A DNA stretch of 64,000 nt from Fidelibacterota bacterium (GCA_019650355.1 BOWX01000004.1:718-64717); one strand, 5' to 3'. Positions 10,701 through 19,922 are shown, counted from the first letter of the stretch. Numbers and translations: made by a program. Notes: a model not told the origin generated them from the sequence alone.

Positions 10701-11122
10701 TAAATGCATATACGTTTTTTGGGCCTATTGCTTTTAATATTTTTCTTGCAGCCATGTTGTATGATATCACAAAAGGGTGGAGTAACGATATAAAAGGTAA
10801 CCTGATTGCTTATATACTAGTTGTTGCAGTATTTACAAGCGACGTAGGGTTTCAATATGATATAGGTAGCTCTATAATGATTGCACTGCTTTATGGAGCC
10901 TTAATTTTTGCAATTTTTAAATTTATAATTAAGAACAATTATGCAATGATTCCATTTTATACATTATTTATGAGATTTTATGATAGATTTGCTGCTTCTG
11001 ATTTCGGCGCAGTGTCATCTTATTCAAATGAATTATTATTTCTTGGATTGTCATTAATTTTAGCATCTTTTGTAATGGTTTCTTTGACGAAGAAACTATT
11101 TAATATGAATGTAAAAGGATAA
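7775..11122 (+). CDS. Large CPBP (CAAX/Abi) intramembrane metalloprotease with duplicated extracytoplasmic domains
   Basis: AGFWEEMLFR, FGAGH, THYVYD motifs; many TM helices; internal repeat. Confidence 0.85.
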   Translation: MINNKGLITTLILAVLSTLYLGSVWNDFFGTLSVNVSMDRQQAIKAASDASKQFTILDDSFEQASIYNFDDSLRNFVELKQGGKEKFQEIIDNDVYSPYNWMVRSYKEGEIIEAMFQFKPDGSPNGYRIKIPEDYDSDSLDEEDALALVEQNINNQWSGNFSDYNLIESSFKEMPNGRVDHSFLFEHNLQDIGEAKYRLRATVSGSIINSVSPFAFVPESFQREFANIRSDNDTIAIFANFAFLGIYLLGIGVTSLIIFYRNGWLRWKKSVLAAAFVALFSNILLNLNFYPTIWMAYDTASSKSQFLTEQLLGMIANGILMFFILAASFITAESLTRRAFPKHIQIWKTWSSNVANSKRVLNDTIFAYLIVPIKLALVGAFYILMERNFGFWSPASSSFDPNYLASIFPWYTGLAISLQAGFWEEMLFRAVPIAAGVLIGQRYNMRFTGLMVAMVVQALIFGAGHANYPAQPSYARVVELFLPSIVVYGMIYLRLGVVFGAITHYVYDVVLFSLPIWYSSGYIFDKFMTVVGGLIPLLVILYFRMKHQKWSDVDSSSLNEGFVPTPPEKKTAEEPEVVSTVPSASNVLNPKIIGIALIFVIGIFSTFKLSNVEVPVNSPSIDKEEAISIANQFLSDNNITLPDGYNAYAFDDSSYPASSFIWEELGEETYLSLLGSYVLGPRWKVRFAKFDGPVESRAREVMVSMDFDGNILRFNNRFPEDEAGKQLSREEAQVLAENALSEYLGMNISAVTLTSAQESQKPNRLDWTFTFTDNNELEYEGAKLQNIISISGDKISGFTKFVFVPEEWIRMKRDREGLSGIIGTLFTVPGAIFVIGLLLMRSFKLLMDRKINVRKGLIFGSFAIFGILSVFNDSSFLNTMPTNQPIENLMTTYYISSIGGALIALGLINILLFGTLNKLVQPSINNIKIKDAILGGIIVALTMIASLVLAGSFQLNLNPNFASFNLTSYYPLYDTLNAYTFFGPIAFNIFLAAMLYDITKGWSNDIKGNLIAYILVVAVFTSDVGFQYDIGSSIMIALLYGALIFAIFKFIIKNNYAMIPFYTLFMRFYDRFAASDFGAVSSYSNELLFLGLSLILASFVMVSLTKKLFNMNVKG

Positions 11123-11141
11123 AATATATTATATTCCTTGA

Positions 11142-11939
11142 ATGTCTTATTTTAAAGGAAAAACAGTCATAGTAACTGGTGCTTCTTCAGGAATTGGAGA
11201 AGCAACAGCAAAAGAGTTCTTATTGCAAGGCGCTAAAGTAATTTTAGTAGCAAGAAGTGAGTCTAAAATGAATGATTCATTTAAAGATTTTAATCAAGAT
11301 TCTTACTCAATCTATCCATTCGATCTAACTAATTTAGATGACATTGATTCTTTTGTAAAAATGTTAATTGAAAAGGAAGGCCCAATTGATATTTTGTTTA
11401 ATAATGCTGGTGTTAGTCAGTTTGGATATTTCGAGGAAAGTGATTTATCAGTTTTAGATAAGATTATGGAGCTAGACTTCTTTTCTGTTGTTCAATTTAC
11501 GAAATCAATTTTACCTCACATGGTAGATAAAAAATCTGGTCAAATTGTAACAAATACCAGTGTTGCAGGCCTAGTTGGATCAAGAAATAGATCATTTTAT
11601 TCTTCAGCTAAATTTGCTTTACATGGTTTTTTTGATAGCATAAGATCTGAAATAATACATCATAATGTTCATGTTACGATAATTGCTCCAGGTAGAGTAG
11701 CAACTGATGTGGGTAAAAATGCATTAACTGCTAGTGGTGAACCTTATGGTAGGGATGACAGAGGTCATCGAAAAGGTTTAACATCTCTTGAGGCAGCCAA
11801 GAGAATTCTCAATGCGATTAAAAGCAAAAAAAGAGAAGCTGTAATTGCAAAGTGGAATGATATTGCATGGTTAGCTGTTTATATAAGAAAATTTTCTCCT
11901 TCTTTATATTTTTTCTTAGCTAGAAGAATAGTAGCATAA
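11142..11939 (+). CDS. SDR oxidoreductase (DHRS7-like)
   Basis: TGASSGIG, NNAG, YSSAK. Confidence 0.92.
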   Translation: MSYFKGKTVIVTGASSGIGEATAKEFLLQGAKVILVARSESKMNDSFKDFNQDSYSIYPFDLTNLDDIDSFVKMLIEKEGPIDILFNNAGVSQFGYFEESDLSVLDKIMELDFFSVVQFTKSILPHMVDKKSGQIVTNTSVAGLVGSRNRSFYSSAKFALHGFFDSIRSEIIHHNVHVTIIAPGRVATDVGKNALTASGEPYGRDDRGHRKGLTSLEAAKRILNAIKSKKREAVIAKWNDIAWLAVYIRKFSPSLYFFLARRIVA

Positions 11940-11945
11940 TTTTTT

Positions 11946-12683
11946 ATGAAATATAGTATACTAGAAGATCCACGATATAGACATATTGCTGAGCCAAAAT
12001 CAATATTATTTCAAATTTTTTCTTTTATTTTTGATTTATATGCTAATACGGTTTTGACATTCTATACTCCTGTTAAAGTGATTGGAAGGGAGAATATACC
12101 TAAGGATAAACCATTTATTTTTGTGAGTAATCATAATAGTCATATGGACATTGCAATTTTAGCATATGCTACAAGAATGGGTTATGAAAAATTTGGTTTT
12201 TTGGCTGCAAAAGATTATTGGTTTGACAATAATTTTAGAAGAAGATTTTTTAAAAATTTAATTAACCTTATCCCAATTAGTCGTAAACAAAATCCTGAAT
12301 CTTTAGACTTGGAAGATACTATGACACTTTCGAAAGCATTTATGGGTCTTGGAAATAATATTATTATTTTTCCTGAAGGTTCCAGAGGAGAACCTGGGAA
12401 AATGCAAAGATTTAGAAAGGGTGCAGTAAAATTTTCTATGGGATTGGATGTACCTATCTTGCCAGCCGCAATCATTGGTGCAGACAAAGCATGGCCAAAA
12501 GGTGAAAAATGGATGCAGTCTGTCCCAATTACGGTCAAAATCTTACCAAAAGTTGATCCCCCTAAAACCGAAGAGCTTTCTAAAACAGCTTATAATAAGG
12601 CTCTTTCAAAATTGACTAAAGAACTTGAAACCAAGATTACAAATCAAGTAAAAGAACTAGAAGAAACTACTAGCCCTGAGTAA
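11946..12683 (+). CDS. Lysophospholipid acyltransferase (PlsC family)
   Basis: NHNSHMD, FPEGSR. Confidence 0.92.
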   Translation: MKYSILEDPRYRHIAEPKSILFQIFSFIFDLYANTVLTFYTPVKVIGRENIPKDKPFIFVSNHNSHMDIAILAYATRMGYEKFGFLAAKDYWFDNNFRRRFFKNLINLIPISRKQNPESLDLEDTMTLSKAFMGLGNNIIIFPEGSRGEPGKMQRFRKGAVKFSMGLDVPILPAAIIGADKAWPKGEKWMQSVPITVKILPKVDPPKTEELSKTAYNKALSKLTKELETKITNQVKELEETTSPE

Positions 12684-13332
12684 TTGTAATTATTGTACTG
12701 TCAGCATTTAATGAAGCTTGGTATCTAGTTAAAGATCCTGAAGCTGGACCAGAAATAACATTTCCATTGAAGTCAAAAACAGAGTTGTGACTTGGACAAA
12801 TTAAGTTATTTGCAGCATTGTTAATATTCACTGTGAAACCTGCGTGAGTACAATTTCTTGACAAAGCTCGAACTCCAGAATTACTTGTCCTTAAGACAAT
12901 GATACCTCTATTGTCGAACGTATCACTTCCACTAAGAGCAATTCCATTACCAACGGTTTGTAATGTTTCATAGATCATAGTAATGTTAATGGTAATTACT
13001 CCTGTTGATACATCATAGTTGTATCCTGTATCTCCAGAACCACCACCATTATTGCCGCCGCCGCCAGTATTACCACCGCCGCCAGTATTACCACCGCCGC
13101 CAGTATTACCACCACCGCCAGTATTACCACCACCGCCAGTGTCTCCGCCTCCATCAGTATCTCCACCTGAAGATGTTGGAGAACCTCCACCACCACAAGC
13201 TTCAAGAATGAATGCAGATCCACCAATTAGGGTCAAAGTAGATGCTTTTCTGATAAAATCTCTTCGAGAAGGATCTGTGGCTTGCTTATCTAAGCAATCA
13301 CAGTCACATGTTTTTTTTATTTTATCTGTCAT
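12670..13332 (-). CDS. Tat-exported lipoprotein with Gly-rich linker and Rieske [2Fe-2S] domain
   Basis: SRRDFI Tat motif, LEAC lipobox, CTHAG...CPSHNSVF...GPA. Confidence 0.88.
   Translation of the reverse strand: MTDKIKKTCDCDCLDKQATDPSRRDFIRKASTLTLIGGSAFILEACGGGGSPTSSGGDTDGGGDTGGGGNTGGGGNTGGGGNTGGGGNTGGGGNNGGGSGDTGYNYDVSTGVITINITMIYETLQTVGNGIALSGSDTFDNRGIIVLRTSNSGVRALSRNCTHAGFTVNINNAANNLICPSHNSVFDFNGNVISGPASGSLTRYQASLNADSTIITITQG
13040..13168. repeat. 18-bp coding tandem repeat (GGGGNT)n
   Basis: ccagtattaccaccgccg-type unit, about 4 near-perfect copies plus degenerate flanks. Confidence 0.9.
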
Positions 13333-13400
13333 GGTCAAAAATATAATAAAAAAAAATTAATATTAAAATTTGATACTAAAAATTTTTAATATTGTAGGTC

Positions 13401-14054
13401 ATGAATCACTTAAAAATTGTGAATTTAAAAAGAATCATAATGTTTAGTTTATTTTGTTCGTTATTATTTTCTCAATCAATAGTAACACAAGAATCTTATG
13501 ATTCAAGGTTTACTCCTCCTGAGATCGGGTTGCCAGAAAATATGCCTTATGTCAAATCTTTAATTTGGGGAGAAGAGGGTGCATTTAGAAAGTTAAATAT
13601 TGGTCCTGAAACCAGAATTGAAGAACTAAAGTTGCGCAGAAAAATGCTTCAAGCTCATCAGTGGTTAGGTATTATAACTTTAGCTGGTTTAGCTTATCAA
13701 TATGACGTAGGTAAAAAACTTTATGATGGTGATGATAGCGATTATTGGGAATCACATTATGATAAGCACAAAGCTATGGGGTATTTTACATATATGACCT
13801 ACATGTCAACAGCTTCAATGTCATTTTTTTCTCCTCCTGCTCGAAAGTATGACAACAATATGAGTTCAATAAAATTTCATAGAAGAATGGCTGCTTTACA
13901 TTTTACTGCAATGATGGCTCAACCGTTCTTAGCAAAAAAAGCGGTAGAAAATGGCAAGAGGTATAATGAGCTAATGGATGCTCATTTAAAAGCAGGAACA
14001 GTAGCATTTTTTGCTCTAAGCTTGGATGCGTTAGGAATTACATTTTTTAAATGA
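13401..14054 (+). CDS. Membrane protein, putative cytochrome b561-like
   Basis: Signal-like N-terminus; His in four hydrophobic segments (AHQWLG, KHKAMG, FHRRMAALH, AHLKAG). Confidence 0.55.
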   Translation: MNHLKIVNLKRIIMFSLFCSLLFSQSIVTQESYDSRFTPPEIGLPENMPYVKSLIWGEEGAFRKLNIGPETRIEELKLRRKMLQAHQWLGIITLAGLAYQYDVGKKLYDGDDSDYWESHYDKHKAMGYFTYMTYMSTASMSFFSPPARKYDNNMSSIKFHRRMAALHFTAMMAQPFLAKKAVENGKRYNELMDAHLKAGTVAFFALSLDALGITFFK

Positions 14055-14590
14055 AGAAATTTATTTCCATATTATTTTTCCAATGCCTCTTTGCTCAATC
14101 ATTTGTTGAGTTTGACTTAACCAAAAGTTTTATCTCTTATGACGGTAAACATCCTGCTCATAATTGGACTGGTATATCGAAAGATATTCAAGGAACTTTT
14201 GAGATAAATAAACAAGATTTAACACAATCAAAAGTAGACTTATTTGTTCCAGTATTTAGCTTTGATAGTAAAAATGCTAATCGAGATTCAAATATGCTAG
14301 ATGTTGTTGAAGAATATTACTACCCATTTGTCAGATTCACTTCTTCCAAAATAAACAAATCAGAAAGCGGATTCGATGTAGTTGGTAATCTTAGTTTTCA
14401 TGGAATAACAAAAGAATTTACTATTCCAGTAGAGCTAAATGAAGACAATGAAAATATTATAGTTACATCAGATTTTTCAATAATGCTTACGGATTTTAAA
14501 ATTAAAAGACCTGCATTATTAACTATTAAAATTCGAAATCAAGTGGATATAAAGGTCTACTTAGTGGGATCTATAGAAAATCAGAAATAA
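14051..14590 (+). CDS. YceI family polyisoprenoid-binding protein
   Basis: FDSKNANRD, GNLSFHGITK, LTDFKIKRP; signal peptide. Confidence 0.9.
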   Translation: MKKFISILFFQCLFAQSFVEFDLTKSFISYDGKHPAHNWTGISKDIQGTFEINKQDLTQSKVDLFVPVFSFDSKNANRDSNMLDVVEEYYYPFVRFTSSKINKSESGFDVVGNLSFHGITKEFTIPVELNEDNENIIVTSDFSIMLTDFKIKRPALLTIKIRNQVDIKVYLVGSIENQK

Positions 14591-14603
14591 CTTTGATAAT
14601 TAA

Positions 14604-14717
14604 TTATCCAAAGAGATAAAACGTTTTATTTGGTACCATAACAAGCAAGAAAAAAATCATATGCAGAGATATAATGATACCGAATATTGCTAGTAGTTTT
14701 ATTGTGTTTTTATCCAT
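14604..14717 (-). CDS. 37-aa single-TM small protein (not in ORF track)
   Basis: MDKNTIKLLAIFGIIISLHMIFFLLVMVPNKTFYLFG; starts 1 nt after the upstream stop, AAAGGA RBS. Confidence 0.6.
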   Translation of the reverse strand: MDKNTIKLLAIFGIIISLHMIFFLLVMVPNKTFYLFG

Positions 14718-14718
14718 A

Positions 14719-15597
14719 TTATCCTTTAAATAAGCGCTTTAATATAGTGATTTCTGGGAATAAAATATGAACTCTTTTTTGATAATCTTCGTACTGAGGT
14801 CTTGTTCTTAATATTTTAATTTCAATCCATGGAATACTAGCATACCAAAACATTGCTGTCATAGCTATTGGAGCTAATAACAAATAGTTCAGGCCTGTAA
14901 AAGAATATCCAAAAACAAAGATTCCCCACCAAAACATAATTTCTCCGTAGTAGTTGGGATGCCTAGAATAGTTCCATAAGCCTGTTTCAATTATACCCGT
15001 TCCACTAGGATGAATTTTTCGAAAAGCATGTAGCTGTTTATCACTTATGATTTCTAGTAGTACACCAATTATACATAATCCAAAACCTAGAAAAATTGTC
15101 CAATTATAGCTTTGTGAAAAATTTTGAGCCATAGGCATGCAGCAGAAAAAAACAATGAAAGTAGGAAAGAAATGAATCCCGCCAAGATTACCTATAATTT
15201 CAAATGAATTTCCGAGATTGTTTCTCATGTCAATATATCGCCAATCTTCATGGTGTAATCCATCCCAAGTTTTCATCCAGTTGTAAGTCAATCTTAATGA
15301 CCAAAAAAGAACTGCTAGCATAAGGAGTAAAGAAGGAGTATTAATCACATAATTATTTTCAGCTAACCAAAAGAATGCAATGAATGGAGGAATGACAGAC
15401 CAGTATGGATCATAAAAAGATGAATTTTTAAAGTATACACTAAATGAATAAATGACAAATGTTGCAACAATATCAGCGATTAGAATTTGTAACATTGATG
15501 ACATATGGGAAGAAAATTGTAAAGATATAAAACCTAAAATTACTGCAATAACATATGCAGTAAGAACCGTTAAAAGACCTTTAGTTTTGATTGTCAT
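14719..15597 (-). CDS. DUF1295 / steroid 5-alpha-reductase-like membrane protein
   Basis: NSSFYDPYWS, EDWRY, GLWNYSRHPNYYGE. Confidence 0.9.
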   Translation of the reverse strand: MTIKTKGLLTVLTAYVIAVILGFISLQFSSHMSSMLQILIADIVATFVIYSFSVYFKNSSFYDPYWSVIPPFIAFFWLAENNYVINTPSLLLMLAVLFWSLRLTYNWMKTWDGLHHEDWRYIDMRNNLGNSFEIIGNLGGIHFFPTFIVFFCCMPMAQNFSQSYNWTIFLGFGLCIIGVLLEIISDKQLHAFRKIHPSGTGIIETGLWNYSRHPNYYGEIMFWWGIFVFGYSFTGLNYLLLAPIAMTAMFWYASIPWIEIKILRTRPQYEDYQKRVHILFPEITILKRLFKG

Positions 15598-16498
15598 TGA
15601 TAAGTGATTTCAATTCAATTTTTTCAAAAGATAAATAAATATATCCTAAAATAATAGTATACAATAGAAATATAGAATGTAATAGGATTGCAGCTGTCTG
15701 TGATTGATCAATTCCTATTCCATATAGATTAAGAAAGTAAATAACAGCTAAATGATATGTTCCAATTGCAGCAGGAGCTATTGGTAATGAAGTTACAATA
15801 CTAGTAATAACCGTAATTCCAATATATTGTTGAAAAGATAAATCAATATTAACAGACTTCAATAATGTATACATATAAGCCACAAATGAGCACCATAGCA
15901 GAATGGAGATACCGCCAAGTTTAATTTTATTTTTGGACACTAATAAATATCCATCTATAAAGTTTTTAGTAATCGAAAATTGTTTTTGTATTTTACTAGC
16001 GAGGAAATTATTACCAAAAATAATGAATGAAGTAATTATGTATAATAGTAAAATTCCAATGGAAAATTCTAAACCTAAAACATTATTAAATCCAAAAAGA
16101 ATTAAAAAAATGCTAAATAATCCAACAATCCATAAGTCAATAATTTTTTCAGCTACCAAGCTTCCAACAAGAAAGCTAAACTTTATATTAGTTGAATTGT
16201 TTGATAAGAGTTTTGCTCTGGCCAAATCCCCAGCTCTAAATGGGAGTATATTATTTAAGAAATATCCAACATGAGTTGTTGAAATATATTTTTGTATTTT
16301 GAGTTCTTTTGGTGAATCTAATAAAATCTTCCATCTCAATGATCTCAGAATGAACGTAACAAAGGTTGCTATAAATGCTACAAAGATATAAATCATATTT
16401 GCATCAGATAGAGCACGATAAATATCTTCTATATTTACTTGATTAAATGCAAAGTAGAGACATAGCGTAGCTACGCAGAAAGATAAAAAGTTTTTCAA
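15581..16498 (-). CDS. Flippase-like (UPF0104/lysylphosphatidylglycerol synthase TM) protein
   Basis: RSLRWKILL, NNILPFRAGD, EKIID, PAAIGTYH. Confidence 0.88.
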   Translation of the reverse strand: MKNFLSFCVATLCLYFAFNQVNIEDIYRALSDANMIYIFVAFIATFVTFILRSLRWKILLDSPKELKIQKYISTTHVGYFLNNILPFRAGDLARAKLLSNNSTNIKFSFLVGSLVAEKIIDLWIVGLFSIFLILFGFNNVLGLEFSIGILLLYIITSFIIFGNNFLASKIQKQFSITKNFIDGYLLVSKNKIKLGGISILLWCSFVAYMYTLLKSVNIDLSFQQYIGITVITSIVTSLPIAPAAIGTYHLAVIYFLNLYGIGIDQSQTAAILLHSIFLLYTIILGYIYLSFEKIELKSLINDNQN

Positions 16499-16698
16499 GG
16501 ATCTTGTTTATCTCTTTGGAATTCCCAATTGACGATTCTTCTTTTCATTTTTTCGCCATTTTCATCAAGATGTTCGCTGGTTTCCATAGGGCTTTGATAC
16601 TCAAGTGGAACATCTGTATTTACTTGACAATTGCTCATTAATCCAAGCATGGCAATAAGCATTATGGAAGCAATAATTGTTGGAAAATGTTTACCCAT
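16495..16698 (-). CDS. Small secreted/lipoprotein-like hypothetical
   Basis: Hydrophobic N-terminus ending in MSNC; overlaps both neighbours. Confidence 0.65.
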   Translation of the reverse strand: MGKHFPTIIASIMLIAMLGLMSNCQVNTDVPLEYQSPMETSEHLDENGEKMKRRIVNWEFQRDKQDP

Positions 16699-16921
16699 TT
16701 AATTTAAAATCTTTAAAAAAGTTTGTTTTCGTCGCAAGATAGAATATTTCTACTAATCCAAATAGTTGTATTAAACCACATATTACGAACCAACCCTTAT
16801 GATCATTTCTTGCTGCGAACCACAAAGCCAATAAAGTAAATAGGGCTTCCCATAGTGATATAGCAACGAGCAACGCTGGATTAGCTTGAAGAGCTTCTGC
16901 AAAGTTAGTTATAATTTCCAT
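16691..16921 (-). CDS. DUF5652-like small membrane protein
   Basis: ALWFAARNDHKGWFV...GLVEIFY; GGAGG RBS. Confidence 0.75.
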   Translation of the reverse strand: MEIITNFAEALQANPALLVAISLWEALFTLLALWFAARNDHKGWFVICGLIQLFGLVEIFYLATKTNFFKDFKLNG

Positions 16922-16930
16922 AACACCTCC

Positions 16931-17014
16931 TTAAGGGTTAAATAGGAGGGATACTAAAAAAACAAATAATATCACTCCACCAAAAATACCCCAATAGTAC
17001 AATCCAAATTCCAT
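16931..17014 (-). CDS. 27-aa single-TM small protein (not in ORF track)
   Basis: MEFGLYYWGIFGGVILFVFLVSLLFNP; its stop abuts the RBS of the next gene. Confidence 0.5.
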   Translation of the reverse strand: MEFGLYYWGIFGGVILFVFLVSLLFNP

Positions 17015-17063
17015 GTAGGATATTAAATATTATTATCTGAGTTGAAAAGTATTATATTTTCGC

Positions 17064-17324
17064 ATGGAAAAAAGAACTCCAGATAATACAAAAATAAAGA
17101 TGTATACAACATCTTGGTGCGGTCCTTGCAAGATGGCAAAAAAGCTTTTAACAGATAAAGGATTTAATTTTGAAGAAATCGATATTGAAGAACATAATAT
17201 TTCAAGAGAAGAAATGGCTTCAATGTCAAAGGGACTTACAGTACCACAAATTATAATTAATGATTTACCTATTGGTGGATTCGAAGATTTAATTCAGTTA
17301 TTTAATACTGAAGCTTTCAAATAA
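17064..17324 (+). CDS. grxC: Glutaredoxin
   Basis: WCGPC, TVPQI, IGGFEDL. Confidence 0.88.
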   Translation: MEKRTPDNTKIKMYTTSWCGPCKMAKKLLTDKGFNFEEIDIEEHNISREEMASMSKGLTVPQIIINDLPIGGFEDLIQLFNTEAFK

Positions 17325-17326
17325 AA

Positions 17327-18347
17327 TTATTTCCAAAGCTTTAAAATTTCATTTTTAAAATCTTTTTTTGGATTCTCAATTATTTCAATCATTAAATCAA
17401 TTGGATCATTATATAGTTCTTTTTTCTGTTTTCCATATCGAATCCAAAGTTCTATATTTTCTTTCGTGAATTTCGAACATACAGTTGCATGTTGAAGTTT
17501 TTTTAATGTTTTTGCGTTATGTTCTTGCTCAGGTTGACCTAATAGAGGTTTACAGAGAATTTTTTTACCTAAATAAATAGCCTCGGCTGGTAATTGAAAC
17601 CCAGCATTAGTTAGTAAGCCCGTTGCAAGCAACTAAATCCTCTTTAAATTTTTTATTGGAATAAGGCTTTAACGTAACATTATCAATTTGTTCTTCCTTA
17701 TCAACAGAACAATAGTAAATAAATTGATTACTTTTTATAGTATTTAAAATTGAAATCATCTGATCTTTTTCTTCCCAGGCAAGATAAACAAGAAAAGTAT
17801 TTTTCATTACTGATACTGCATCTTTATTTTTTAAACTTTCCTCAATAAATGGTGAAAGTATGGGTTGATTGAAATGGTAAAAATGGGAAGAAATTGTACT
17901 ATTTATTGGTGTATAAAATCTTAAAAAGAATAAACTAGCAAGTTTCATTTTGAATGATTTAGGTATTTTTTTTAGAAAAGAATATTGATGTCCAATTCCA
18001 ATACAATGAATTCCTAGTTTTCTTGCTGCATAGGCTGATATAGGTTCAAAGTCGGTAACAACCACATCATATTCTTTTTTAATTTTAAAAACATCTCTCA
18101 CAAATTGAATAAGGTCAATATTCAATAATGTTTTTAAAACATTTAATTTTCCATTTTTGAATACAAAGGTGAAGCCTTTTTTAATGATGTATGGTTTAAA
18201 TTCCTCAAGATCAAAAAAGTCTTTAACATCTCTACCGCTAAAAAGAACAGTAACGTTATGACCTCTTTTTTTTAATTCTGATATTGTTATTCTTGAACGA
18301 GATATATGGCCATTTCCAGTTGCATTGACCCCATATAAAATATTCAT
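17327..18347 (-). CDS. MJ1255/VC2487-family glycosyltransferase (frameshift ~17620)
   Basis: GVNATGNGHISR, TDFEP, GHQY; NAGFQLPAEA...GQPEQEHNA in the second ORF. Confidence 0.88.
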
Positions 18348-18386
18348 ATTATAATTTATGATTTTGTGAAAATCATTTGAAGAAAT

Positions 18387-18800
18387 TTAGCTTTTAGACA
18401 AAATTTTTCTAAGAATTGTACTTGATGTATGAGTGGTATATGGAAAATAGATTATTTCAACTCCAAATTGAGAGAATTCTTTTTCAATTTGATTCCATTG
18501 ATCAGTGCCTTTCCAATCATCACCAACAAACATTTTATCAAATTTCAAATTATTCCAAGCTTCCATTTTATCATAACTAGTTTGAGGAACTACTTCATCA
18601 ACATATTTTACTGCCTCAACTAAATCCATTCGTTCTTGGAATGGAATGAAAGGTTTTTGATTCTTAGCTGATTCACATAGTTCGTCAGTAGTAACACCAA
18701 CAATTAGATGATCACATTCCAATCTTGCTCTTTTGAGAATATTTAGATGTCCTATATGGAATAGGTCAAATACTCCTGTAGTATATCCAATTTTTTTCAT
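18387..18800 (-). CDS. tagD: Glycerol-3-phosphate cytidylyltransferase
   Basis: GVFDLFHIGH, VGDDWKG, YTTHTSST. Confidence 0.88.
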   Translation of the reverse strand: MKKIGYTTGVFDLFHIGHLNILKRARLECDHLIVGVTTDELCESAKNQKPFIPFQERMDLVEAVKYVDEVVPQTSYDKMEAWNNLKFDKMFVGDDWKGTDQWNQIEKEFSQFGVEIIYFPYTTHTSSTILRKILSKS

Positions 18801-18841
18801 TTTATCCTTTTGTGTTGCTCAAAATATTTGAGCTTTATATA

Positions 18842-19922
18842 CTAGCAATTTTCTAATAAAAAAGTGACAATTCTTTTGCTAGCATTTCCGTCAAGGATTC
18901 CTGCAAGTTTTCTCTAGATATTCTTTTGCATTATTAGATGATGTAAAATTAGAATCTAAAAGATTTTTAGCTTTAACAATCATTTCATTGTATGAATTTG
19001 CAGGTCTAGCGATTTGACCATAATCATCATAGTCTTTATCCATCCTTGCTTTAAATCTGTAAGAAAAGATTCCTCTATAATTCCATCTCAGTTGTAAGAA
19101 AGTACACCATAAAACTGGTTTATTTAGCGCAGCAAACTCAATGATTGCACTTGAAGCATCGCTAATCATTAAATCAGCAGATTTCAAAAAGGGTAAAAGT
19201 GAATAATCATCTACTTTTGCTAGGTATGTATTATTAAATGATTCCCAATGATGTAGCAACTCTCGTTGTTTGAGATATTTTTGCTTACTCATTGAAAAAA
19301 AGTGTGGTTTGATAATAATATTATAATTTTCTAAATCAGCAGGAAAATTCTTTGAAAAACGCTCTATACTGCTTGGATAAAAAGTTGGAGCATACAGAAT
19401 TGTTTTTTTATTATTATCTAATCCAAGTTTTGTAAAATCAATCCCGTTTTCTTCACCATTAATGATTGGATCCATTTTACAAAAACCAACATTTTGAAAA
19501 TTATCTTCTGGATACATTTCGCATAGTCTATTAAAGCGATAATCACTTTCAACAAATCTAACCGTTGTAGGGGTATCTGATTTTGAATAATAGCTCTTTT
19601 TGGGACCTACGCCGTGTCCTAGTTGTGCTGTTTTACTATGGATATGAATTTTATCTAATTCTGGAAAGGTATTACCAAGAAATATCCAATCCGGCTTTTC
19701 TGATAAGTAAAACTTAAGTGCATAATTTTTATCTTGAACCCATGTAGCAGGTAAACATTCATCTACGATAATTTTACTAATTACATCATCAAATTTTCCA
19801 TGGTGAAAAATAAATTTTGACTCAAAAATAGCATCTTTCTGAAGTTGTTTAAATACTGGTAAGTATTGAGGCAAGTAGTATAGTTCTTGAACGTCAAAAA
19901 ATATTGTTAGTTTTTTATTCAT
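18842..19922 (-). CDS. CDP-glycerol glycerophosphotransferase (TagB/TagF family), C-terminal frameshift
   Basis: HGVGPK, ILYAPTF, KPH, ISDASS; DGNASKRI continues in another frame to a stop at 18842. Confidence 0.85.

Noticed and set aside
13040-13168. Repeat array as CRISPR
   Set aside because: Head-to-tail 18-mers without spacers, in frame in a CDS, and no cas genes
12996-13360. Pro-rich, His/Arg-rich and Val-rich repeat ORFs
   Set aside because: Alternative frames of the Gly-linker repeat in the Rieske gene
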